DNA of 64,000 nt. Source: Felis catus (Eukaryota). The notes beneath the pieces were generated by a model, which saw only the letters and a list, made by a program, of their open reading frames with translations, was not told where the DNA came from and searched no databases. The DNA is taken from the NCBI RefSeq assembly GCF_018350175.1, contig NC_058383.1:28708001-28772000 (forward strand), given 5' to 3'. Positions 1-12,645 of the stretch are shown here, piece after piece. Each line of letters starts with the position of its first letter. Position 1 is the first letter of the stretch. A program made the translations under genes and the position numbers.

Positions 1-150
1 TTTGGCTCTGGTCATGATCTCATGGTTCGTGAGTTTGAGCCCAGCAACGGGCTCACTGCTTCCAGCATAGAGCCTGCCTCGGATCCTCTGTCCCCCACTC
101 TCTCTGTCCCTCCCCTGCTCATGCTCTCTCTCTCAAAAATAAATAAATAT
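1..150 (+). mobile_element. CanSINE (partial, cut by window start)
   Basis: gtcatgatctc...gagcctgc...(CT)n...aaataaataaa. Confidence 0.9.
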
Positions 151-634
151 TTTTTAAAACTGTGATTAAAAATGGGGGGTGGACCCGATATTTCTCTTGA
201 AAATACAAAATCAGGTAATAACACTTGGCACAGGGGAAGAAAAAAGTTTTAGTATTTTTCCTCACGTTGTTGAATGTGGTCGACTTTTTTGTTTGCTCAC
301 TTCCAGACTTGAAAGAGAGCAACACCTCATATGTGGTTGCCCAAAGGGAACAGTTAAAAGATCCATGGAGTCCCTGTGGCTTCTGGTCTGTGACCCCATA
401 TCCCCAAAACATGAGTGAGTTTACTAGCCACAGAAAAGCCTTTCTGGATTGAGTGTCAGAGAGCCAGAAACAGAAAGCCACAAGTTATCGCAGCATTCTG
501 GAAGGAGATTTCAACAAAGGTCAGAAAAGGACATTAATATTCATTCTTTTAATCAGATAGCTTCTGACCCACTGACCAGATCTGCGGGCTGAGTTCATGG
601 CTTCTTCTCATCTCCCTCCCTTCTTAAAATGAAA

Positions 635-895
635 TGTTTACCTTGGAATAATTTCAGATTTGCAGAAAAGTTGCCATCATAGTGCAGGGGGTTCCCGTGT
701 CCCCTTCACCCAATTTCCCCCAAGGTTCACATCTTCTAGAAAGATGGTGCATTTGTCAAAATGAAGCATTAACAGTGGTACGATACTATTCATTAAACCA
801 CAGGCTTGATTCGAATTTACTAGTTTTCCCATTAATGTTCTTTTTTTCTGTTGCAGGCCCAGCCCAGCCTCCCACACTGCCTTCGAGTCTCTCCT
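635..895 (-). mobile_element. Old L1M 3' fragment
   Basis: ttggaataatttcagatttgcagaaaagttgc...cccttcacccaatttcccc resembles an L1MC-type terminus. Confidence 0.6.
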
Positions 896-965
896 TGGTA
901 AGTAAGAGCCACCCCGTCTGCATCAGGACCTTACCCGGCCTCAGCTCCCTTTTCTCATTAGAGTG

Positions 966-1563
966 TGTTAGAAACTAGACGGCAGCCCCGACACGGAATC
1001 ACTCATGCCAAGCCCCACATCGCCAAACGAAGACTTAATTACAGTTCTGGCTCTCCCAGAAATGGAACCTTAAACCAGTCAGTCAGGAATTGCCTGGTCA
1101 GATGACTTACCTCATCTGCCTGATAAACCCGTGCCGTCCCCTGAAAGACAGTAAGCAGCTGGCCGTAACCAACCCGCTTTTTTGCCTAGTACAGCTTCCC
1201 TCTTCCTGCTCCCTCTGGCTACAAAGTCTCTTGCCCTGTACCGCTGTTCAGAGCTCCCCTCTACCTACTAGGTTGGTTGTTGCCCAATTCATGAACCGTT
1301 GACGAAAGCCAGTAAGATCTTTAAAATTTATTCAGTTGAGGGGCACCTGGGTGGCTCAGTGGCTTAAGCGTCCAACTGTTGGTTTCGGCTCAGGTCATGA
1401 TCTCAAGGTTCGTGAGTTCAGGCCCTGTACCAGGCTCCCTGCTGGTGGTGCAGAGCCTGCTTGGGATTCTCTCTCTCCCTCTCTCTCTCTCCCTCTCAAA
1501 ATAAATAAACTTTGAAAAAAAACAATGTTTAAAACTTATTCAGTTGAATTTTGTTTTTCAACA
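966..1563 (+). mobile_element. ERV solo LTR interrupted by a SINE
   Basis: TGTT...AACA termini, flanking near-duplication agagtg (960-965) / agagtc (1564-1569), LTR-like internal sequence. Confidence 0.7.
1340..1530 (+). mobile_element. CanSINE
   Basis: ggggcacctgggtggctcagt head, CT tract, A tail; TSD aaaa(t/c)ttattcagttga. Confidence 0.92.
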
Positions 1564-1623
1564 AGAGTCTTCTCACATTGGACACATTCATTTATTTTTT
1601 TATTCATTCAGCAGATATATATA

Positions 1624-1832
1624 TTTTTTAATGTTTATTTACTTTTGAGAGAGAGACACAGAGCATGAGCAGAGGAGGGGCAGAGAGAGAGGGAGACACA
1701 GAATCCGAAGCAGGCTCCAGGATCCAAGCTGTCAGCACAGAGCCTGATGTGGGGCTCGAACTCACGAGAACCGTGAGATCATGACCTAGGCCAAAGTCGG
1801 ATGCTTAACCAACTGAGCCACCCAGGTGCCCC
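1624..1832 (-). mobile_element. CanSINE
   Basis: Full SINE body ending ...actgagccacccaggtgcccc on plus. Confidence 0.92.
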
Positions 1833-4800
1833 TCATATAGCAGATATTAATTGAGCACTTGCTGAGTGCAGGGCAAATAAAACAGGTGTGATCCCTTCTG
1901 TAACAGAATTAAGGGGAAACAGTAACCACGTGATAGGAAGAAAACTGTGGCAAGATGGAAGGGCTCCGAGCCTGCAGGAGGAGACCGAGGAAGGCCTTTT
2001 GCCGCGAATTTCTAGTTGAGACCTAAAAGGGTGAGGAGGAGGAGTTTGCCAGGTGAGAAAGGGGAGAATCCAAGCAAAGGCACCCAGGAGAACGGGCTCC
2101 CCTCCCCGGGGAACTGAGAGCAAAGCAAGGAACTGGAAGGGGATCCAGGTGAGGACAGAATGCAAGACAGACAGGAGACCCTGCTCTGAAATGAACATGG
2201 ATCAGAACAAGCGAGTCGGCTGCGTATCAGTGGCTGTGTCCCCCCGGCGCTTGGCTTGTGCAGGTACCGCGGGTTGGCGTGAGCCGTTGTGTGTCATTGT
2301 CTCCCCTCCTAGAAAGCGAGCTTCTTGAACGAAGCAACTCTGCCTCACTCGCCTCAGTTTCCTTCCCCCTCCGGGTGCCCAGCAAGCCGTGTGCACAAAA
2401 AGAACCAAAACGTGTGTTTACTGGATCAAGTTAGACTTTCTGTTACATCCCATTCCCGTTACTGTTGGTTCAGATTATACGTGTTCCGTCTAATTTGTCA
2501 AGCGTTATTTTCTCTTAAGCTGCCACTTCTCCACCTGCTCTGGGCTGCATGCAGCTCTTTAAGACTTCCTTCGTCCAGACACTAAAAAGGAAAAGAACCC
2601 TCTGTTCTGTCCCTAGGCGGGGGGGGGGGTCCCCTAAAACAGTGGAAGTGCATGCGAAAAGGGACCAGATTCCGACATGTTATTTGTCTCTCGGCGAGAA
2701 GCGTGATTCAGAGGAGGAGGAGAAGGACGGGTAGGGGGGCGAAAAGGGGAAGGAGAGGAAGAACAAAGGGACATCTGGACAAGGATGTGCTCAGCGGTTA
2801 TCTGAGGGTGGTGGGATTATTTTAAGCGACGGGTGCATCCTTTGATCGTCTCCAGTATTTTTTAATTAAAAAGATCATGACTCAGCCATGCCTACGTGAT
2901 GAAGCTCCCATAAAGAGGGAGACACATCTGCAAACTCACCACCCTTCCCCCCCCCCATACCTTGCCCTACGCATTTCTTCCATCTGGCCGTTCCTGAGTT
3001 ACGTATCCCTTTCTAATCAACTGGTGATCTAGTTTTAAAAACGTATGCACATTCATCCTCTTACCTGCAGAATAGAGAAGCTGGTTATTTTTATTGGAGA
3101 GGGGAAAAACAATCTCACCCCTTCGTGGGGCATCTGCAGGGGGACTGAGGGATTTTGCTCTGTAAGAACCTGCCGTCCTTTCTCTGGTCACGCACCTCTA
3201 CTGCATTGCCTTGAGAGAGAACACCTCACTCGTCGAATGCTGTCTGCTGGGACTGGCCTTCGCGATGCCCCACCCTCCCTCGCCCCGGGTTGGGTTCCGA
3301 TCCAGCTGGACCGGCAGACGTGTTCGAGGCTTTGACCTCAGCTTGGTTTCCCCCAACCCCTGTTCGGCCGCTGTTTGCTCACAGAGCTCATCCCGTGACT
3401 GGGGAGGGCCCACTGGCTGAGAGTGGTTGTGAAGGTCAGCAGTGGGAGGAGGCACTGGGATGTGGGGGAAGTTCAAGGGGTCCGGCGTCTAGGGAGTTTT
3501 CACACGCAGGAGGCAGGATTGCTTTCAAGCAACAGAATGGACTCTGGTTAACTCAGGGTTTTCTCTCTGTCCTCTGCTTGGGTATTTGAATCTTGAGCAC
3601 GGTGGCTCAGGGATGAAAACGGGAAAGGGGGTGCTGATTCAGCTCGAATTTTCTACCACCTGGACTTTTATTTACTTACTTATTACTTACCTGGAGATTT
3701 ATAGGTGTCGGGGCGGGGGGGGGGCTCTCCTTTTTAAGGCCTGCCCAGGAAAAGTGTGCCAACCCCTGGCCTAAACACTAGAGGGAGATTAAAATAGAGT
3801 TTAGGCTTTGTCCCTGCTCTAATGGAGCTTATGATCGACTGCATGAGGCAGTCCCCATATAACTAAAACAGATCCAGGACCCAGGATGGAAAGTGTAACA
3901 GGAGGTCAGAAATGGAAGAAATTCTTCATGGGAGGTGAGCTAGAACGAGTGGTGGCTTCTGGAGCCATGAACCTTTGGCAATGCCTATATTTCTCTGTAG
4001 GTGGGGCTTGGAGGCAATAATCTGGTTGGGAACTTGGAGCTATGTTTGCAGTGTCCTTTCCATAAGGGGCAGGGGTCAGCTGTGCATATCACATAAAAGG
4101 AGTGAAGGATGCAGGGTGGTGGGGGGTGGGGTGTCAATGAACCTGCCACCAAGGAAAGGTAGGATCAAGCTTAAGCAGAGAAGAGAGGGTGGCATGTCAC
4201 AAAGAAAGGGGGAACAATGACGTCGACAGCAATAATAACAGCTGTTACTATGATCAAGCCCTTCTCATGTGCTGGGCACTGTGTCCAGTGCCCCACAGGT
4301 ACTATCTTCATTGAATGCTCTCCGTAATTGTTATGAGGTAGGTACATATTATCCCTGTTTCACAGAAGAGGATGTGAAGGAGACCAATACCCAGATCAGA
4401 GGTGCATTGTAGAGCACAGAGGGAAATAAGTCTATGGAGAGGGAGAGAAGGTGTGGATTATGGAAAGTGGGGAAGACCTGGCAGAGGGTATTATACTCCA
4501 ATTAAAAAATAAAGACAAACAACCAACAAAATACGATAGAGAAATTTGTAGTTGGAGTCAGTAGCAATGGGACATTTTGGGGAAAGGGAGAGATAAGCCA
4601 AAAAAGACGGTGATGAAAATTCTGGTCAACAGCACAGCGGGCAGAAGCAAGGTCAAGAGACCAGCTCCGAGGTGGGTCTCACACAGCTTTGAAATTCACA
4701 ACGTGCTTTGGCCTAGTAAGGACCCCTACCATCAACAAGTGTGCGTCACTAAATTTCACCCAGCAATTTCCAAACATATCGACCCGAGTCCTCCCTTTTT

Positions 4801-5434
4801 CTTAGAAAACCCATTAACAGCTGCTATGTCTCCGCTTAGAAAAAGCTGCCTTTGAGAAAAGGCTTACGGTCATACGAGAGATCACGTTATTGGACACTGA
4901 GCATCCAGATGGCTGATTTTATAAATGCGGCAAAAAGGCAAATGGCTCCATGCATTTCTATCTTTAAATCCTGCCTCCGATATGCCTCTGTGCGGAGTCT
5001 CCAGATCTTTATACACCAAACAGCCGCGTATGTCACCCTAGTAAGTAATCGAACACCAAGGGGTTTAGACTCGCTCGCCAACTTCAAGCTGCTTTGCTTT
5101 ATTTTTAGATAATAGAAATGGCAGCTGAGTAAATACTGTAAATCTAGATACCCGATTCCAACCGCACAGAGGCCAAAGTAATTTCTCTCTCAAGGCCATT
5201 TTTAGAAGCTTGTTAGCGTCTTGCCCAGTCTCCCTACCTCCTCAGGAGGTGAAGCAACGTTCTTCAGTTGCTTAGGAATCAAATACATCGATACAATTCA
5301 GCTAACACGTACTGAATTCCTAGTGGGTGCCGATTCCTGTGTTTAACAGCCTCTTCTTTGAAAGGAAGATCTGTTAACCAGGCAGCGTTGGTAGATATCA
5401 ACCCCAGGATGTATGGTAATGACTCTGATCTTAA

Positions 5435-5437
<3 letters not shown>

Positions 5438-5487
<50 letters not shown>
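5438..5487. repeat. (GA)n microsatellite
   Basis: Directly visible. Confidence 0.98.
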
Positions 5488-5488
<1 letters not shown>

Positions 5489-7097
5489 CATTTTAGTTTG
5501 CAGAGCAGCTAAGTGACAACTACAAGATTTACCCACCGCTCAGCTTCAATCAAGCTGAACATCTGGATGTTTATTACATCTTGACAGCATCGAGAGAGAA
5601 ACCTCGGGATAATTAATAGACTGGGTTCTCGCTCATTCTTCAGTCCCCCTCGGACTCCACGTTTTCAGGGACAGACTTTCACTAGACCAGGTTTCATTTG
5701 AAATCATTTTCTGCTCTGAAGGATGATTTCCCTGTCGCTCTTGAAAACTCATAGCTTTCTTTGTGCTGGAAAAACTGGCTAATTCAATTCCTGGAGTCTC
5801 ATCGCTACCTCTTCAGGAGAGCATGTAGGTCATTTTGGGGGGAAAAAGTATTTCCATGGAAGATTATGCCTCTAGAGGTCACCTCTCCAGGTTACCTGAT
5901 TCTAGTCTCTCCTTGTCTTTGAGCTGTCTTACAACTCTGTGAGAGTGGTATAATGAGGCAAAAATAATTCTTGTGCACAAGGAAATCCATGCCCAGCTGG
6001 TAGAGATCCCACTGACTTCTCTCTCCTTGAGGGAAAACTCAGTTTTACTTTCATTTACCCCTTCATTTCAATATCCCTGCTCCGCAAATCAGAATATTCT
6101 TCAGATTCTGTGGAATCGGTTATAACATCGAGTTGGTGCCCTCATTGAGCAGAATACAAATCTTTAACGTGTGTTTATTTGTATATCATCGGGAGAGTCA
6201 TGATTTTACCTTTTCCTGAAAAGTATCTTTTAACCTTAACCGTAACAGAGAAAGATACATCAACGTTTTTCCATATTCCCTCAAATATGCCTTGTCTCTT
6301 GCCTCCCGCCCCATTAGAACCACGAGTGAATTTCTCCTGCACCAGAACAGTCATGTTGTCATAGAATAGCAAGCTGAGAAACACATCAGCCAGTGGGCAA
6401 TTATCTTTTCAAAATACAGTTTACTGTGCTGCAGAAAGGGAGTTAGGTTAATGGTGAGGCCAGGCTACCTAACGCAGGTTATGCATCTCTCTAGCCGGGA
6501 CAAATGTTTGAATACGACTGCTAATCATAATAGCAATAGTATCTTTTGCATTCAGGAAGAGGTGCGACATCTAGGGCAACAGGACTCCTGGGTTGAGTTG
6601 TTTTCCCAAGAGCAACAACAGATTTACAATTTAGGATTTAATCATTTATTTTGCTGAGAGTTTTCAGGTGGTGGCCATCAGGGTCCAACAGAGGAAGTCC
6701 TTTATTAGGAAGGGAAGTCTTATTTACTGACCTCCTTTCGGTTATACAGGATAAATGGGTCCAAGTAGTACTTTGGCATCTGCCCAGCTTGAGCACCTGG
6801 CAAAATCACCATCCCTCTGGGGTAGGGGCTTCTAGTCCATTAACAAGGGAGGTGGGGAAATGGGTTAACTGTATTAAAAGGTACGGGGGCGGGGGGGGGT
6901 GCAGTTCTAATGTGCAGCCGGAGTTGAGAATCACACAGAACTAGACTATCTCCAGAAATAACAATTTTTATCCTGTGCCCTATACAAGCAGTAGAATCAA
7001 TTGAACATAAACATAGGCAGACGTAAACACACATGGTCTTTCTTAAAAGGAGGAGGAGACACCTGAATCATCAGGAATATTTGATTTCCTAGTAGAC

Positions 7098-7320
7098 TTT
7101 TTTTTTAGTTTTTATTTATTTAGAGAGAGAGAGGGAGAGAGAGCAAGCGTGGGCAAGGGAGGGGCAGAGAGAGAGGGAAGAGAGAGAGAATCCCAAGCAG
7201 GCTCCATGCTGTCAGGGCAGAGCCCAACACGGGGCTCGAACTCACAAACTGTGAGATCATGACCTGAGCCTAAATAAACCAAGAGTCGGATGCTTAACCA
7301 GCTGAGCCACCCACACACCT
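7098..7320 (-). mobile_element. CanSINE
   Basis: SINE body with GA tract. Confidence 0.9.
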
Positions 7321-7899
7321 GTTAGTATACTTCTATATACTAAGAAATTCATCAAGAACCTTAAAAGAACTAAGCATTCTGTCTCCTCCCTCACCCAGCT
7401 ACAAGAAGTGCTCATGTCAGCTCACAAGAATGGAGATGTCATCTGACACCCAGCGCACTCCATTTTCTTGGTCCCTTTCATTACTGTCTATGCACCCTTT
7501 GAGGTGCTAACAAAGAAAAAATGGTCAGTCCCTGGACACAGTTTTCAGGAGAAAACTTGGAGCCAATGTTCTCCGGACTGACATAAATCCCCCTCGTTTT
7601 GGTAGCAGAGTCAAGGGCTGTTGTTGGAAGGAGTATTTCTATTTATCCACCTGAAACATTTTCTTTGTTATAAGTGAAAGTGACAATTTCTTCTTCACTT
7701 CAGGTTGTGGTAAACAGAAGTCTTCCCAGGCATGAATGCCTTGAGGAAAATCAAATCCATTCTGCATGGGGAGATTTCTTTATGCTTCAGGGAGTTCATA
7801 ATCGGGTTTCTCTTGGCTTAATCTTCACATCCAAGACGTTGCCTATCGACAATGCTTTGTGTGTGTGAACAGACAGCTGTGAGACATCTGGAGAAAAAG

Positions 7900-7970
7900 A
7901 GGGCAGAAACCTAGGGACCAAGGGCAGAAACCTAGGGACCAAGGGCAGAAACCTAGGGACCAAGGGCAGA
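7900..7970. repeat. 21-bp minisatellite, 3.4 perfect copies
   Basis: Unit agggcagaaacctagggacca. Confidence 0.97.
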
Positions 7971-8046
7971 GATGGCATAGAAAAACTCCGGACTCCCCCG
8001 CATCACAAAACTAGAGTACCTGTATCAAAAAAGAATTAGGCCTGAT

Positions 8047-8279
8047 CAGTGCTTCTCAGCTGGGGACAAGTTTGCCCCTCTACTGAACATTTGACAATAT
8101 CTGGAGATATCTACGGTTGTCACAATTGGGCAGGAGTAAGGGGGTGGTGGTGGTACCATTGACACCTGGTGGGCAGAGGCCAGAAATGTTACCATCCTAC
8201 AATGCACGGGCCAGCCCCCACAGGTCACCGTGATCCAGCCCCGATGTCAATGTCAACAGGCTAAGGTTGAGAAATTGTG
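8047..8279 (+). mobile_element. MER20-like hAT-Charlie DNA transposon
   Basis: cagtgcttctca...tttgacaatatctggaga...ggcagaggccaga...catcctacaatgcac...aaggttgagaaa. Confidence 0.85.
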
Positions 8280-8363
8280 GACAAATGGACTCCACAAATT
8301 TCCTTCAGCCCTAAGACATCAGGATGCTAAAACATCATGTTCAATCCCAAACAAGAAGTCTAT

Positions 8364-8768
8364 TGCTATGGACTTAATTGTCCCCCAAAATTCTAATGCG
8401 GAAGCCTTAACCCTTGGTGTGACTGTATTTGGAAGTAGGGCCTATAAGGAGGCAGTTAGGTGTGATGAGGTCATAAGGATGGGGCCCTGAGCAGAGAGGA
8501 TTAGTGTCCTTGTTAGAAGAGACATCAGAGCCCCACCCCCCCCCCCGCTTTCTACCTATGCACTTGCACAAAGAAGTGGTCACGTGAGCACAGAGAGAAA
8601 AGGTGGCCTCCTGCAAGCTGAGAGAAGAAGCCTTGGAATGAACCGTACCTCACCAGCACCTTGATCTTGGACTCTGCAGGTTCCAGAGCTGTGAGACATA
8701 AATGCGTGTTGTTTAAGCCATCCTGGCTATGGTATTTTGTTATGACTGCCTGAGCAGACTAAGGCAGC
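8364..8768 (+). mobile_element. MaLR solo LTR (MLT1A-like)
   Basis: tgctatggactta...gaggtcataaggatggggccc...ggtattttgttatg...gagcagactaaggca. Confidence 0.85.
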
Positions 8769-9169
8769 TGTTTATAGTAATCCCATCGCTAACCTGTCCT
8801 CACGCAACCACTCTGTGCTACGTGCTGTGCTAAGCCCTTGACACACCTACTCACACTTACTCCTCGACAAGCTCTCGTGAGGTGGCAATTATTACTATTC
8901 TCCCTACAGAAGAGTCAGTGAAGACCCAGAGAGGTCACACAACTAGACCAAGATCAACCGGTTGGTAAGAGAGAGAGGTGGGTTCTGAGCCCAAAAAGCC
9001 CGACCCCTAGTTAGGAATCCCTACATTTCATGACCACAAGATACCACATTCCCAGACGCTCTTTCTCTGCACTTGAAATTATAAACTTGAAGGGAAGGCA
9101 GGATGAAGAAAAGGGCCAGCACAGAGAGAAATTGCCACAGAGTGGGGAAGCCACAAGTCCCTGTACCTT

Positions 9170-10100
9170 CTTAAAAAAGCCAAATGCAGAATTACCCCCC
9201 GGTTTGACAATATCACTCCTACGTACATACCCCAAAGACAAACAAGCAAATACTGCTCATAAATGTTGACAGCAGCGTGATTCACAATAGCCAAAAGGTG
9301 GAAACAACCCAAATGTCCATCAAGTGATGAGTGAATAAACAAAATGTGGTATATTCATAAATGGAATATTATTTAGCCATGAAAAGGAATAAAGCATTGA
9401 CATCTGCTACAAAGTGGATGAGCCTTAAGAACACTACACTTGTGTAGGTGGCTCACTCGCTTAAAAGCGTCCAACTTCAGCTCAGGTCATGATGTCACAG
9501 TTCGTGACACACATCGGGCTCTGTGCTGACAGCTCAGAGCCTGGAGTCTGCTTCAGATTCTGTGTCTCCTCTCTCTGACCCTGCCCTACTCCTTCTCTGT
9601 CTCTCAAGAAGAAAATGAAGCTTAAAAAAAATTTTTTTAAACACTACACTCAGGGCACCTGCGGGCTCAGTCGGTTAAGCGTCCGACTTCGCCTCAGGTC
9701 ATGATCTTGAGGTTCAAGAGTTCGAGCCCCGCACTGGGCTCTCTGTTGTCAGAGCAGAGCCTGCTTCGGATCCTCCGTGCCCCCCTCTCTGCCCCTCCCC
9801 CACTTGCTCTCTCTCAAACGTAAATAAACATTTAAAAAAAAAATCACTACGCTCAGTGAAAGAAGCCAGGTTCCATGTAGTAGAAAACACCCAGAATAGG
9901 TAAATCTGTAGAGACAAAAAGTAGTTGCCAGGGACTAGGGGAAGGGGTGCATGGGGAGGGACTGTTGAATGGGTACTGGGTTTCTTGCAAGTGCATAGAG
10001 GTGATGCTTGCCCAAGACTGAATGTACTAAATGCCACTGACTTGTCTATTCCAAATGGTGAAGGGTTAATTTTATGGTATGTGAGTTCTACCTCAGTTAA
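9170..10100 (+). mobile_element. Old L1 (L1MB-like) 3' end interrupted by two SINEs
   Basis: attcacaatagccaaaaggtggaaacaacccaaatgtccatca...tggaatattatttagccatgaaaaggaat. Confidence 0.85.
9445..9843 (+). mobile_element. Two tandem CanSINEs (about 9445-9640 and 9653-9843)
   Basis: Two SINE bodies separated and flanked by the cactac(a/g)ct motif. Confidence 0.9.
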
Positions 10101-10264
10101 GAAAAGACAAGACAAGAGGAGAAGAGAAGAGAAGAGAAGAGAAGAGAAGAGAAGAGAAGAGAAGAGAAGAGAAGAGAAGAGAAGGAAAGAAAAGAAAAGA
10201 AAAGAAAAGAAAAGAAAAGAAAAGAAAAGAAAAGAAAAGAAAAGAAAAGAAAAGAAAAGAAAAA
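10100..10264. repeat. Compound (GAAGA)n(GAAAA)n polypurine repeat
   Basis: Directly visible at the tail of an old L1. Confidence 0.98.
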
Positions 10265-10765
10265 TCTCAATAGAGAAGGAAGACACATAAAGCTAACCTA
10301 GTCCTGGCTAAGCATTTGGGAAATCATAAAACCCTGATCTAACGTAAAGCTGATCCCTAAGAAAGCAGACCTCTTAGCTCTTGGAACCCAGCCCGGCCGC
10401 CCTGGGCCCAGGGCTGAACCGCTCTTTACAGATGGCGTTTGCACCAGATTTAACCACCAGGATGTGCTCCGGGGACGCCTTGCCTATGTCTATTTAAACA
10501 GGATGAAGACAGATGGATCCTGCGGTGGGCGGCAGGTCTCCAGCATGAACACAGCACTGCAAACACCTAGGGGGCAAAATGGTCTCACCTGCTGTGCTGG
10601 GCACAGAAGAACCAAATAGAACCAAAGCAGGAATAACTTTTGTTCCTTGTCAGAATGATGGCCACCTTTTAAGAGCTACCTGCTAAAAGCATTTCACCCC
10701 CGGAGTGGGGCATGGACAAATGTCTAGTTTTCAGCTGTCTTCATTCCTTCCAGGGCTAAGGATGG

Positions 10766-11293
10766 TGCTATAGATTGAATGTTTACGTTCCCCCTCCCGC
10801 AAATCCACATATTAAAAAGCTAACCCTCAGGGCGCTTGCAGCCTGATGCAGGGCTCGAACTCATGAACTGTGAGACCATAACCTGAGCTGAAATTCAGAG
10901 CTGGATCCTTAACCAACTCAGCCACCCAGGTGTCCCAAGTTTCTGTATTTTAAAAGCCACCCAGGTAGGGGCGCCTGGGTGGCTCAGTCGGTTGAGCATC
11001 CGCCTCTTGATTTCGGCTCAGGTCGTGATCCCAGGGTGGTGGGATTGCTCAGCGTGGAACCTGCTTAAGCTTCTTTCTCTGTCTCTGTCTCTGTCTCTGT
11101 CTCTCGCTCTCGCTCTCGCTCTCACTCTCTCTCTTCCTCTGCTCCTCTCCCCCACTACGTGCTCTCTCTAAAATTAAAATAACATAACATAACATAACAT
11201 AACATAACATAACATAACATAACATAACATAAGAGTTATAAAAACTACCCAGTTTATGGTCTTTGTTATAGCAACCTGAGCAGACTAAACACA
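10766..11293 (+). mobile_element. MaLR LTR (MLT1A-like) remnant, internally deleted, carrying two SINEs
   Basis: Begins tgctatagattgaatgttt, ends tttgttatagcaacctgagcagactaaacaca. Confidence 0.7.
10835..11231. mobile_element. Partial CanSINE (-, about 10835-10936) and CanSINE (+, 10968-11231) with (AACAT)n tail
   Basis: Two SINE heads in opposite orientation; about 10 AACAT units at 11181-11231. Confidence 0.88.
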
Positions 11294-11683
11294 GGAAGAA
11301 AAACATGAGTTAAGGAAATACTGGTATGTCTCTTCCTCTGGTGATTATTGCCTCTTTCCCAAATTTCTCTCTGAGACCAGGATTATGGGGAGTGAGTGGT
11401 TTCACTTCTCAGCCCTGGAGACCACCAGGGGAAACCGGGAAGCATAAAGAGAGAAGATCTAAAGGAACATGGTCCACACTGCAATGACCCAGATTCTTAA
11501 AATAGGGCTCCACAAACCATTGCAGATGTCTTTCCTTTCTAAAAAAAATATGAAATGCCAATGGAATTTAACATATTTGGAAATTTACAAATAATTGCAG
11601 AGGGAAAGGCATGAACTTTTTAACCAGTCTAGATTCAAATCCCTTCTCTATGGACTAATGGGGCAAGATTTCCATCCCTCGGC

Positions 11684-11690
<7 letters not shown>

Positions 11691-11735
<45 letters not shown>
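11691..11735. repeat. (CA)n microsatellite
   Basis: Directly visible. Confidence 0.98.
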
Positions 11736-11737
<2 letters not shown>

Positions 11738-11747
11738 GCTTCATCTT

Positions 11748-12357
11748 TTTTTTTTTTAATATATGAAATTTATTGTCAAATTGGTTTCCATACAACACCC
11801 AGTGCTCATCCCAAAAGGTGCCCTCCTCAATACCCATCTCCCACCCCCCCCTCCCTCCCACCCCCCATCAACCCTCAGTTTGTTCTCAGTTTTTAACAGT
11901 CTCTTATGCTTTGGCTCTCTCCCACTCTAACCTCTTTTTTTTTTTGCTTCCCCTCCCCCATGGGTTTCTGTTAAGTTTCTCAGGATCCACAGAAGAGTGA
12001 AACCATATGGTATCTGTCTTTCTCTGTATGGCTTATTTCACTTAGCATCACACTCTCCAGTTCCATCCACGTTGCTACAAAAGGCCATATTTCATTTTTT
12101 CTCATTGCCACGTAGTATTCCATTGTGTATATAAACCACAATTTCTTTATCCATTCATCAGTTGATGGACATTTAGGCTCTTTCCATAATTTGGCTATTG
12201 TTGAGAGTGCTGCTATAAACATTGGGGTATAAGTGCCCCTATGCATCAGTACTCCTGTATCCCTTGGATAAATTCCTAGCAGTGCTATTGCTGGGTCATA
12301 GGGTAGGTCTATTTTTAATTTTCTGAGGAACCTCCACACTGCTTTCCAGAGCGGCTG
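11748..12357 (-). mobile_element. Young 5'-truncated felid L1 (about 610 bp)
   Basis: Open ORF2 C-terminus at 11980-12339, 3'UTR, poly(A). Perfect 17-bp TSD acacagtgcttcatctt at 11731-11747 and 12358-12374. Confidence 0.95.
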
Positions 12358-12444
12358 ACACAGTGCTTCATCTTACAGGGTTGTAGTGAGTGTTGAATCA
12401 GATAAAACTCTATCTCCTCAATTCTGAGGACATTTCTCCCCAAC

Positions 12445-12645
12445 CTTTTTTTTCTTAAGTGTATTTGTCTTGGGCAGGGGGGAGACAACAAGTGGGGGAG
12501 GGGCAGAGGGCGAGAGAGAATCCCAAGCAGGCTCCTTACGGCCAGCATGGAGCCCGATGCGGGGCTTCATCTCACAAACCGCGAGATCATGACCTGAGCT
12601 GAAATCAAGTCGGACATTCAACCAACTGAGCCACCCAGACACCCC
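12445..12645 (-). mobile_element. CanSINE
   Basis: SINE body; flanking tctcccca(a/g)c repeat. Confidence 0.9.

Noticed and set aside
7900..7970. CRISPR-like repeat
   Set aside because: Direct tandem units without spacers, in mammalian DNA, with no cas genes.
9714..10290. 190-aa and 121-aa ORFs with FFSFL/REEKR repeats
   Set aside because: Translations of a pentanucleotide repeat plus L1 and SINE sequence.
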